Origin: Macrostomum lignano
Lineage: Eukaryota
Direction of reading: 5' to 3'
Assembly (NCBI GenBank): GCA_002269645.1
Contig: NIVC01001195.1
Span: 186,001 to 250,000, forward strand
Length of the DNA stretch: 64,000 bases
Of this stretch, positions 51,901 through 62,455 are shown one piece after another. Each line of letters opens with the position of its first letter. The stretch's first letter is position 1. The position numbers and the translations under genes are program-made. The notes below the pieces were generated by a model. The model made no database searches. It was not told the DNA's origin and saw only the letters and a program-made list of their open reading frames with translations.

Positions 51901-54900
51901 CTCTTGGTGAGCACCTCTGTCTCTTGGTGAGGGCCTCTGTCTCTTGGTGAGCACCCATGTCTCTTGGTGAGCACCTCTGTCTCTTGGTGAGGGCCTCTGT
52001 CTCTTGGTGAGCACCCATGTCTCTTGGTGAGCACCTCTGTCTCTTGTTGAGCGCCCCTGTCTCTTGTTGAGCGCCCCTGTCTCTTGGTGAGCACCTCTGT
52101 CTCTTGTTGAGCGCCCCTGTCTCTTGTTGAGCGCCCCTGTCTCTTGGTGAGCACTCCTGTCTCTTGGTGAGGGCCCATGTTTCTTGGTGAGCAGCCCTGT
52201 CTCTTGGTGAGCACCTCTGTCTCTTGGTGAGCACCTCTGTCTCTTGGTGAGCACCCATGTCTCTTGGTGAGCACCTCTGTCTCTTGGTGAGCACCTCTGT
52301 CTCTTGGTGAGCACCCATGTCTCTTGGTGAGCAGCCCTGTCTCTTGGTGAGCACCTCTGTCTCTTGGTGAGGGCCCATGTCTCTTGGTGAGCACCTCTGT
52401 CTCTTGGTGAGGGCCTCTGTCTCTTGGTGAGCACCCATGTCTCTTGGTGAGCACCTCTGTCTCTTGGTGAGCACCCATGTCTCTTGGTGAGCACCTCTGT
52501 CTCTTGGTGAGCACCTCTGTCTCTTGGTGAGCACCCATGTCTCTTGGTGAGCAGCCCTGTCTCTTGGTGAGCACCTCTGTCTCTTGGTGAGGGCCCATGT
52601 CTCTTGGTGAGCACCTCTGTCTCTTGGTGAGGGCCTCTGTCTCTTGGTGAGCACCCATGTCTCTTGGTGAGCACCTCTGTCTCTTGGTGAGGGCCCATGT
52701 CTCTTGGTGAGCACCTCTGTCTCTTGGTGAGGGCCTCTGTCTCTTGGTGAGCACCCATGTCTCTTGGTGAGCACCTCTGTCTCTTGGTGAGGGCCTCTGT
52801 CTCTTGGTGAGCACCCATGTCTCTTGGTGAGCACCTCTGTCTCTTGGTGAGGGCCCATGTCTCTTGGTGAGCACCTCTGTCTCTTGGTGAGGGCCTCTGT
52901 CTCTTGGTGAGCACCCATGTCTCTTGGTGAGCACCTCTGTCTCTTGGTGAGGGCCTCTGTCTCTTGGTGAGCACCCATGTCTCTTGGTGAGCACCTCTGT
53001 CTCTTGGTGAGGGCCCATGTCTCTTGGTGAGCACCTCTGTCTCTTGGTGAGGGCCTCTGTCTCTTGGTGAGCACCCATGTCTCTTGGTGAGCACCTCTGT
53101 CTCTTGGTGAGGGCCTCTGTCTCTTGGTGAGCACCCATGTCTCTTGGTGAGCACCTCTGTCTCTTGGTGAGGGCCTCTGTCTCTTGGTGAGCACCCATGT
53201 CTCTTGGTGAGCACCTCTGTCTCTTGTTGAGCGCCCCTGTCTCTTGTTGAGCGCCCCTGTCTCTTGTTGAGCACCTCTGTCTCTTGTTGAGCGCCCCTGT
53301 CTCTTGTTGAGCGCCCCTGTCTCTTGTTGAGCACCTCTGTCTCTTGTTGAGCGCCCCTGTCTCTTGGTGAGCACTCCTGTCTCTTGGTGAGGGCCCCTTC
53401 TCTTTAGAGGGGGCAAAAGTTGAGTTTCTGCCATTCGTTTCTGAAGAGAGCGCCATATTTAACATCTATCGATCTGGAGGGGGCGCAGCCCTCAGGCCCT
53501 CTCTGCGTGCGTGCCATTCACTCGCTAAGGATTAATAACAGCAAAAGTTTGCAGTCAACCAACTGCAAAGCCACAGCCAGCCAGCCAGTTTGGCAAAAAG
53601 AACAGCGCAGGCCACCTGAAAAGGGCAAAGCTGACTGCCCGCCACCTGCTAAAGCCTCAGCGAAAGAAGCGTGACAGAAGCGAACCGAGCTGAGCCCAAC
53701 ACCCCCACTCTGCAGCATAAATTATGGCTCATGCCTGAGCTCGCGGCCTTAAGAAGCCAAGCGTGAATACGGGAGGGGGGGTAGGGGTTGGGCGCAGAGC
53801 TCCAAGCCTTGCCTTGCCAGTCTTGCTTTTGCTTGAGCATCTTCTAGTTTTTGGGGGGCAGTGCGAGGCGGCCCCACCCTTCCTCCCCGCTGTTGCACCG
53901 CAGCAGCACAGCCAGAGAGGCTGGTCGCACAAAAGAAAGATAGCTATTGCCCCAGCTGCTCTCAGGGACACCAAGCCGTCAGTGTTGGCTCTCCCTGCGC
54001 CTGCCTGATAGCCAACAATGGCTGGCACTTTGGCTGCAGAACTTTCAAAATAAGCCAAGAGGTTGCTTGGGGTCACAGAGCTGCACCTCTTACTGCTGGG
54101 CCTAAAATTGCTTGCGCGCAGGAAATCTTGCAATGTGTCAGCTTGCAGCCTGCCCTATATTGGCTAAGGGAAGTACTGATTTAAAAATTGCTTTTTTTAA
54201 CTGCTTTAGTCTCTTTGCAGTTCCGCGTCTGACCCTTTCCGTCTTCTTTCCCTGCGTCCTTGTGTCCGCTACCTGCTCTCCCTGCATCTTTTTGTCTGCT
54301 CCCTGCTCTCCCTGCATCTTTGTGTCTGCTCCCTGCTCTTCCTGCATCTTTTTGTCTGCTCCCTGCTCTCCCTGCATCTTTATGTCCGCTCCCTGCTCTC
54401 CCTGCATCTTTGTGTCCACACCTGCTCTTCCTGTATCTTTGTGTCCGCTCCCTGCCCTCCCTGCATCTTTGTGTCTGCTCCCTGCTCTTCCTGCATCTTT
54501 GTGTCCGCTCCCTGCCCTCCCTGCATCTTTGTGTCTGCTCCCTGCTCTTCCTGCATCTTTGTGTCTGCTCCCTGCCCTCCCTGCATCTCCAAGGCCGCAC
54601 CCTGCCCTCCCTGCATCTCCAAGGCCGCACCCTGCCCTCCCTGCATCTCCAAGGCCGCACCCTGCCCTCCCTGCATCTCCAAGGCCGCACCCTGCCCTCC
54701 CTGCATCTCCAAGGCCGCACCCTGCCCTCCCTGCATCTCCAAGGCCGCACCCTGCCCTCCCTGCATCTCCAAGGCCGCACCTTGCCCTCCGTGCATCTCC
54801 AAGGCCGTACCCTGCCCTCCCTGCATCTCCAAGGCCACACCCTGCCCTCCCTGCATCTCCAAGGCCGCACCCTGCACGCTGGTCACAAAGGCGGGCGCGT

Positions 54901-55030
54901 CGCTGTCCATCTCGGCGCCGGGGCCCGCGGCCCGGGTGATGTCATCAGCAGAGGTGCCGGCCGGAGCCAGAAGGCCGCCGACCGCAAGCAGAAAGGCGAG
55001 AATGTGGAGTTTGGGTAATTTTTCCTTCAT
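39919..55030 (-). CDS. SEMA5: Semaphorin-5 (Sema + PSI + ~6 TSP1 repeats + TM + low-complexity cytoplasmic tail)
   Basis: Exons (high to low): 55030-54871 (signal peptide), 49547-49436, 49326-49209, 48338-48011, 47902-47802, 47570-47353, 47263-47104, 46982-46070, 45111-44929, 44463-44350 (GC donor), 43133-43113 (possible micro-exon), 43022-42828, 41655-41450 (1-nt frameshift at ~41500), 41267-39919. Motifs: GLRNFSRIA, ISRVARMCKSD, PSI CLAARDPHCGW, repeated GxWSxWSxC, and TM VGAVAAAWILSLALTACIAFSAAFCCY. Confidence 0.9.
41785..42820. repeat. 15-bp intronic array (GCACTCCGACCCGGG / GCACTCCGACCCAG-type)
   Basis: Abuts Sema5 donor 42827; G-rich on the sense strand; a CGG-variant half and a CAG-variant half. 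Confidence 0.97.
43145..43450. repeat. 20-bp array (GAGGGCGCGCCATTTCATTT)
   Basis: Abuts acceptor 43134. Confidence 0.95.
44535..44910. repeat. ~29-bp array (CCCATTCCTACCCCACCTCACTCCCCG), G-rich on the Sema5 sense strand
   Basis: Abuts donor 44928. Confidence 0.93.
45738..46040. repeat. 10-bp array (CATCCCAGCT)
   Basis: Starts ~30 nt from donor 46069; sense strand reads AGCTGGGATG. Confidence 0.97.
48425..49105. repeat. 21-bp array (TCTAACAAGGAGATTCTCGTG)
   Basis: Inside Sema5 intron 48339-49208; source of the SNKEILV/LLDTRIS ORFs. Confidence 0.97.
49640..53395. repeat. 20-bp minisatellite (TGTCTCTTGGTGAGCACCCC-type), ~3.75 kb, with higher-order structure
   Basis: ~185 copies inside Sema5 intron 1; source of the 882-1025 aa repeat ORFs. 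Confidence 0.98.
54255..54880. repeat. 30-bp array containing copies of the Sema5 exon-1 splice donor
   Basis: Sense unit GTGCGGCCTTGGAGATGCAGGGAGGGCAGG (10 copies, 54571-54870), followed by a related 30-bp variant. Confidence 0.97.
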
Positions 55031-55307
55031 CTTTGTTGCCGACTGTCAGCTTCCATTCTGTGCCGCTGGTGTCGGATCGCATTACCACCGGGCCGTTCAC
55101 ATGTGGGCTGCTGCAGCTGGGCAGGTGGTGAGCGCTCGGCCTGAAACTTGCAGAACCTGTCTTCGACTGCCTGAACGAGAAATGGGATTGAATGAGGCAA
55201 TTTATTAACTACCAAAGATTCTTCCTCGGCTCAGCCGCACACCGACATTTTCCACAATAACTTTTTCTGCAGAAAACTCTACAATTAATAATAATTCTGT
55301 TTTTGCA

Positions 55308-55675
55308 GGGCCAGCCTCCCAGATCCTCAGTTGCTGGGCCAGCCTCCCAGATCCTCAGTTGCTGGGCCAGCCTCCCAGATCCTCAGTTGCTGGGCCAGCC
55401 TCCCAGATCCTCAGTTGCTGCGCCAGCATCCCACATCCTCAGTTGCTGGGCCAGCCTCCCAAATCCTCAGTTGCTGGGATAGCCACCCAGATCCCCAGTT
55501 GCTGGGTTAGCCACCCAGATCCCCAGTTGCTAGGCCAGCCTCCCAGATCCCCAGTTGCTAGGCCAGCCTCCCAGGTCCCCAGTTGCTGGGCCAGCCTCCC
55601 AGGTCCCCAGTTGCTGGGCCACTTCCAGATCCCCAGTTGCTAGGCCAGCCTCCCAGGTCCCCAGTTGCTGGGCAG
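55308..55675. repeat. 28-bp array (GGCCAGCCTCCCAGATCCTCAGTTGCTG)
   Basis: On the - strand it directly follows a GTAAGT donor at 55684, probably a Sema5 5' UTR intron. Confidence 0.95.
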
Positions 55676-56639
55676 CATACTTACGGAGTGCACAAAAAGC
55701 AAGCTGTCTGCAGAAATGAAGACTTGAGGCAGAATCGGCAGGAGCTTTGTATCCTCCCGGAATCGGTCTGTTGTTAATCAAGCCTTGGCTTTATTTAAAA
55801 ATTGAAAGTGTCAGTGGCTGAGCGAGAGGCGGAGATAGCGGGGCTTGGAGGGGGGCGTGTTGCTGCGTTGCTGGGCTGTGCGAACGCTGTTTTTTATCAA
55901 ATGGTTGGCCCCGCTCTGCTCCATTGAGCACTCTGACTCCCCTCTTTGTCTCTCCACTGCCTCGCGGTGCAAACGCATTGGCTGCGTGCTAGCTGGGCTG
56001 AGTCCAACGGGGAGTGGGGCGGCTGCTCGGAGCAGCTCTCGATCTGCAGGGTCGCCATTGGCTGGCGACGTAGCCTTCTCTTGGCTCTCGCTGCCCTCCC
56101 CCCTTGCTGGCGAAATCAGCGCGTGGGGGTGGGTGGCGGCCCCCGAGCTGCTCGCAACTGCCGAGCTTTATTAGGCCGTAAGCGAGGAGAGTCACAATGC
56201 ACTGGGGCAATGGGCCAGCTCAGTAAAGTGACTCAACCACTGGAGTAAGGAAAGAAAGTACTCAGGCTTGGTGGCAGGCGTGCAGCCTGTGCTGCACTGT
56301 CGGTCCTCCCGAGTCTGGCAATGCAGCTCCAACTTCGCAGAAATGCGAGCATGAATGGCACGGCTTGGCGCAAGAAATGCAGTCCAAATTTTGCAGGCCA
56401 GCGAATAAGTGTGGAGAACTGCATATTGTCAGGTCTGCTTTTTTAAAAGCAGAGATTGTTACTCCTTGTGGCACGAATTCTTGCTAATTGACTTAAAGGT
56501 TAGTAATTAGGGCTGTGAAAACAACAGGATAGATGCATGATAGGGTGGCACTGCAATACAGTGACAAAATGCAGCTCAGCATCCTTGCTGTCCTTGCCCA
56601 CGAGTTCAGTAATTAGATTAATTTCCCGGATTATTGATT

Positions 56640-56915
56640 TTTATTGTTTTGGTGAGGTGGTGGCAGTCAGTTTTATTGATCTGGTGAGGTGGTGGCAGTC
56701 AGTTTTATTGATCTGGTGAGGTGGTGGCAGTCAGTTTTATTGATTTGGTGAGGTGGTGGCAGTCAGTTTAATTGATCTGGTGAGGTGGTGGCAGTCAGTT
56801 TTATTGATTTGGTGAGGTGGTGGCAGTCAGTTTTATTGATTTGGTGAGGTGGTGGCAGTCAGTTTTATTGATTTGGTGAGGTGGTGGCAGTCAGTTTTAT
56901 TGATCGAGTGAGGTG
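56640..56915. repeat. 32-bp array (GTGAGGTGGTGGCAGTCAGTTTTATTGATTTG)
   Basis: ~8 copies. Confidence 0.95.
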
Positions 56916-57693
56916 GAAGCCACGTGGGCTAGTGCCAACTTGTATTCATATATTGACCACTGTTGATTGCACAAAAGCTTGAAAATAAAAGCCTAAAAAC
57001 ATGAAATTCGTGAATGGAAATGCAGAGCAAGGGCTGCTCCGTCGATTCTCTGTTTGCAGCCAGATCTGCGTATGTATTTTGCCTGTCACTCCTTCTCTTC
57101 GTGTTGAGGTGAATTTGGGGGGGAAGGGTTGCAAACTGAATTGAGTGACGGGCTGACCTGACCCAGCTGTGCGCTCCCCGACTCATTCTAAGCTGGTCTC
57201 TGAGCCACTCGAAGTGCAAACTCGGGCCTGCTTGGGTCTTACTGCATTGCTTTCACTGCCTACAGCTCGCATGCCATGAGCGCAGGGCAAGAGAGCCGAA
57301 TGAATGGCGAAAGATAAGTAGCTCCACAGGCTCTCCTCTGCCTCCACCTTGCACAGCTCAGGCCGCAGGCCTAGGTAGGCCAAGCAAAGAGAGAGGGGCG
57401 CGCATAAAAATAAAGGCTGAGCCCCGCAGCGGAAATCGCTCCGCGCCGTACGCATGGCGCGGGCTGACTGACACTCGCAGGACCAGATAAGCCGGCCGCG
57501 GCCGCCCAGGCCGGAGGCGTTGAGGACCTGCCCGTCCGTCTGTTTTTCTGCTGTCAACAGAATTGTAGAGTTTGCGCCTCAGAGGCGACTCTGAATTGCT
57601 CAGGCCGTGTGGCGGGCTGGGTGCTCAAACAAACGGCAGGCTGCTGTGCTGGGGGCCGCTCACTTTCACCTTCCTGTGCTCAGCAGCTTACAA

Positions 57694-57746
<53 letters not shown>

Positions 57747-57835
57747 GCCTGTCTGTCTCTGTCTGCCTGTCTGTCTGTCTGCCTGTCTGTCTGACTGCCT
57801 GTCTGTCTGTCTGCCGCCTATCTGTCTGTCTGCCT
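57694..57835. repeat. (TGTC)n microsatellite
   Basis: Directly visible. Confidence 0.97.
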
Positions 57836-58239
57836 GTCATTATCCCCCCCACGAAGCCGCAGCTCAAGACGACAATCTTGGGAAAACATTTCCTGCTATC
57901 GCTCAAAATGGACTCGGGGAGGGGGGGGCAGACAACCGCAGGAAGCGCAGTCGAAAGCAGGCTGGAATCGCATGAAATGGTGACAGTTCCCGATAAGGCA
58001 GCCTTGGAGTCTATTAAAAAGAGTTGAAAAAAAATTGTAAACAAAACTATCAGAACGCTAGCAATGCAGACTCATCGAAAGATGGCGAAGGGTGCGTTGC
58101 CTTGAATTCTATGCAGTGTTAATTTAGCAGAACTAACAGGCTTATGGGCTGAAGAGCCCAAGGCTAATGGGAGCGCCTGTTCATTTCAGTTGTTGGTTTG
58201 AAATTACTACGGCTTAAAACATTTACAACTGTTATTGCT

Positions 58240-58508
58240 GCTGCTACTACTACTGCTACTACTGCTACTACTACTACTACTACTACTACTGCTACTACTG
58301 CTACTACTACTACTACTACTACTGCTACTACTACTACTACTACTGCTGCTACTACTATTACTACTACTGCTACTACTGCTACTACTACTGCTACTACTAC
58401 TACTATAACTACTCTACTGTTGCTACTACTACTGCTACTAACTACTACTACTACTACTACTAGTACTACTAGTACTACTACTACTACTGCTACTACTACT
58501 ACTACTAT

Positions 58509-58545
<37 letters not shown>

Positions 58546-58620
58546 GCTACTACTGCTACACTGCCTACCAATGTCACTACCTACCGATACTACTAGCTTT
58601 ACTTCTACAAGTACTACTAG
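58240..58620. repeat. (CTA/CTG)n trinucleotide repeat
   Basis: Directly visible; source of the poly-T/poly-V ORFs. Confidence 0.97.
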
Positions 58621-59719
58621 TAACTGGTCAATAGGCCACATCTGTACTGCTGTAGTGCATTGTGGCCATTGGTAATTGCACATAAAAAACTGTGACCTTC
58701 ATGCAACCAAATACAAAAAGCAAAACGGCAAGGCTGTCACAAGTTGAGTTCCACCTGAGCTGTTTACAAGCACCTGTCTGGCCTGGAAAAGCACCAGATG
58801 CTGATCCAGGCCCTGGCAGCAGCAGCAACTCAAGCTGCCCGCTGTTGTGCTCGCGCAGACAGTTCAATAAGATGAATGCAACGGTCACGTGATCTGCTGG
58901 GTGAAAATGCAGTCAGACAATGTACAGATGCTGAGCAGCAGCTTCATCTTTCTACAACCGTCTATTCCTTTTGCTGCTCGGAAGAGGCAACAGGCAGAGC
59001 GCATGCAGGCCCAGAACGCCAGCACTCCTTCTGCCCCGAGCTGAATTTCCAGCCCATTAACGCTAATGCTTCTATTTTCTATTATTTTTCTTTAGCAAAG
59101 CTTCGAGTCGGATAAACAAGAGCTGCTTGGCAAAATACACACAGCCGATGCTCCTAGCGGCGCACTCTTACTGTCAGACCTCACTGCTCAGTTTTTGAGC
59201 AGCTCAGCTCATCTGAGAGCGAAGGCTCTTAGGCGGAAAATTTAACTTTCCACCTTCAATTAAACAAAAGACGTTCAATACGATTAATGATTTATTGCCA
59301 AGGCCAACAGCAGATGAATATTGCTATTCGGATAATCTGCGCAGTAAAAGGCGAAATGAATATCACCGACTTGTGCAGGAAAAACACTGAATCGAGAGAA
59401 ACAGCAATGCTATATTAGAAAATTGAAGCCACAAGTTCAATTAGTGCAACTCGGCTCAACCGCGTGTAGTTTGAGGCAAACTCTAAACGCAAATATGCTA
59501 ATGTTAGCACGACATGTAGCCAAGGAGAATTATGATAGACAAATTATATGTACTGGCCATCTACAAGACAATGTGGGTCGGTGATAGAAATCTCCACTGT
59601 CCAACTACTATTGGCTACTCGCATCATTGTACGCTTTTAGCAGCGACACCCGACTAACAGCAACTTAATGCACGCGATGCAACTAGAGAACAGGCTAAAA
59701 AACAGCCAAATTATAAAAA

Positions 59720-60340
59720 CAACCCCCTCTCTACCTGCTTCCATGACTAACCACCCCTCTTCCTGACTTTTGTATACACCTCCTCTCTCCCTGCCCCCAT
59801 GATCAACCACCCCACTCCTTGCCCCTCATAGCCACCCCCTCTCCCCCTGCCCCAATGGCCAACTACCCCACTCCCTGCCCCTCATAGCCACCCCCTCTCA
59901 CCCTGCCCCAATGGCCAACTACCCCACTCCCTGCCCCTCATAGCCACCCCTCTCACCCTGCCCCAATGGCCAACCACCCCACTCCCTGCCCCTCATAGCC
60001 ACCCCCTCTCACCCTGCCCCATGGCCAACCACCCCACTCCCTGCCTCTCATGGCCACCCCCTCTCTCCATGCCCCTATTGACAACCACCAGAATTCCTGA
60101 CTTTCATAGCCACCCCTCTCTCCCTGCCTCCATGGCCAAGCACCCCTCTCCCTGGCTTTCATAGCCACCCCTCTCTCCCTGCTCCCATGGCCAACCACCA
60201 GACTCCCTGACTTTCATGGCCACCCCCTCTTTCCCTGCCCCTCATAACCAACTTGAACCTTCCTGCCTGCTGCCCTGCCGCTTCTCTTCCTGCCCATGGA
60301 CAACTGCCCCCACTCCCAGCCCCACATAGCCAACCACCTC
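59720..60340. repeat. Degenerate C-rich tandem repeat (~55-bp period)
   Basis: CCTCATAGCCACCCC / CCAATGGCCAAC motifs recur. Confidence 0.85.
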
Positions 60341-60912
60341 AATCCAGACCCAATAGATTCTTATCATTGATTCTTAATCAGCAAATCAAGAAACACGCGA
60401 AGGCGTATTCAGCATGCCAGTGAAGTATGAGACAGACTAGGCCCATGGGCTAAGGTCTGCGATGCTTCACGCCTGCCCCTATCTTCAGCAGGTCAAGGCT
60501 GGTGGGAGGTCTGCACCCTCTATTTGCCTCTGGCAGCCGCAGACCCCCCCCCCCACGCTGTCTCGCAAGTCGACCCAGGGTACTCGTCCCCGCGTGTGTT
60601 CAAGGCAGTCCCTAGGGCTGCTGGACAGACTGGGCTCCGGCGCTGGCGACCCTATCCAGTGGCTTCGGCCGAATTTGGGTATGCGGGTCTGGCTCGCCAA
60701 CCTGCAGGCCGTGGTACTGCTCAACGTACTCTCTAATGCCTAAGGTGTTGACCGTGCCGATGGGCTGGAAGGCCGGGGAGTAGTCCGGTCGCAAGCGGTC
60801 CCCCTCCTGGTGTCGGGCCAGCCTTGAGGGTGCTATTGGCCTACTGCCCGGTCAGGTGGAGCGGCCGGGTGGGTACCGCGCCCCTTTGAGGGTAGCCCAC
60901 CAACCTTTTATC

Positions 60913-62416
60913 ATGGCCTTCGAGCCGACTATGGATAAACAAGCTATTTCTAGGGACGGGGACCCTTCTAAACCCCAACCTCAGTCCGAAGGACCGGCCG
61001 GCCCTGCTGGCAGATCCCAACCGACTGATTCAACTGTGGCAAAGGAAGGACCGGCTGGCTCTGCTGGCAGATCCGACCAGAGCTACCAAACTCAAAATAC
61101 CCTAAGACCTGCCAGCTCCGCTGGTGGATCTAAGGGAACCGCGAGCTCTGAGCCTAAAGGACCGGCCAAATCTGGCAGATCCGATGAAGCTCAGCGGGCT
61201 CGGCTTGAGCGCAAACGCGCTAAACAACGCGCCAAAAGGCAGGCCAAGAAGGGAGCTGCGGGGGCCAAAGCGGCGGCGTCCACCATGGATGCTGAAGCGA
61301 CTGGAGTCCCAAGGCAACCAGGCGGGCCGGCCGGTGGAAGCTCCAGTAGTTCAGCGGCGGCGCTCCCTGGAGCTGCTGCCGCGGCTGCTGAGGCCGAAAC
61401 CACGGCGCAACAAATGGCCACTGCCAACAAGGAGGTTCCTTCGGGAGCTACCTTTGCGGCGAAGGCCAAGGCCAAAATCCCGGGAGTGATCATCCAAGGT
61501 CGCGACCAGGACTGGACCACTGATCAGCTTCAAAAAGTGTGGAGTGCTGTTGACTCCTATCTGATTGAGCTGACTGTCGAGGAGGGAATCTCCATCGGCG
61601 TTGAGCGGATGGTGCTGCGAAGCACATTCGTTCTTATTGCTCCTAGCAGCGAGGAGGACGCTCGGCGGCTGCTCCAGCGGCTACCGACGGTCTCCTTGGA
61701 TGCTGACCTTGGCGGAGCTCTTTTTCTTCGCGAGGGCCAGCGTCCAAAGACGATACCCTATGTGGTTTTCGTCCCTGCTAAGAGCACCGCAGCTGGACCA
61801 GACGTTATTCGCCGGGTCCTACTGCGTCTGAACCCCGACCTCCCTGCTAGTGGACTGGTGTATCACCGTAAAGTCCGCAGGGGGGAGACGGGCAACTCAA
61901 TTGTCCTCGGCCTTTCCAGCACTTGGGCGAGTCGGTACCCTAATGGATCCTCTTTCCAGCTGGGTGCCCTCAAGCTCAAGTTGCGCCGAGGAAAGTCTGC
62001 CAAAGGGAAGGCTACTGCCAACCCCGGCATCTCCGGCAAGAGCGGGGCGCAGTCTAAGGCCCAAGGAAAGGCGCAAGCCGATCCCAAAGCCAAAGCTGCA
62101 TCTCCCCTCTGCTAGCAGCAGTTCGGCGACCGCGGTAACGGCTCCGGCCGAGCCCCGGGAACCAAACCTGCCAGTCGGAGAAGGAGTTGAGGACGAGGCC
62201 GGGTCTTCGGAATCCGAGCTCTCCTCGGCCACCTTGGTGGGGTCTGAAGGTAAAGATGCAGGTGAGGAAGCTTCCTCCATCCTGTCATCGGAGCCTGAGG
62301 ACTCTGCTGGGGGGGCCGGTGGGGGTGAGGAGGCCATGGACGTCGACCAACTCCCATCTCCCAGTCAAGCCCCAGCGGCCTGGGACGAGGACGATCTGTT
62401 GTCCAAGTCTCCTTGA
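60913..62416 (+). CDS. Retrotransposon ORF1 (DUF4780-like domain, acidic C-tail), one apparent frameshift
   Basis: ATG at 60913; Ala/Gly/Lys-rich N-terminus; globular segment IPGVIIQGRDQDWTTDQLQKVW...SFQLGALKLKLRR. Removing one C at 62104-62107 joins the acidic tail that ends at 62416. No CCHC knuckle seen. Confidence 0.72.
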
Positions 62417-62455
62417 TGGCCCTGGGCTCTAGCCAGATATTGCATTTAATACAGT

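Noticed and set aside
49555-53465. 882-1025 aa ORFs (LTKRQ.../PRDRGAHQET repeats)
   Set aside because: They are translations of a 20-bp array open in several frames inside a Sema5 intron, with no flanking coding context.
55840-58050. Short ORFs upstream of Sema5 (e.g. 57183-57557)
   Set aside because: No ATG, splice or domain support; probably regulatory or UTR sequence.
60430-60912. HDV-like ribozyme in the LINE 5' UTR
   Set aside because: Partial elements are present (TTCACG loop-like string, GGC-TTCG-GCC-GAAT), but I could not thread a consistent P1-P2-P3-P4 pseudoknot by eye. Needs a descriptor search.
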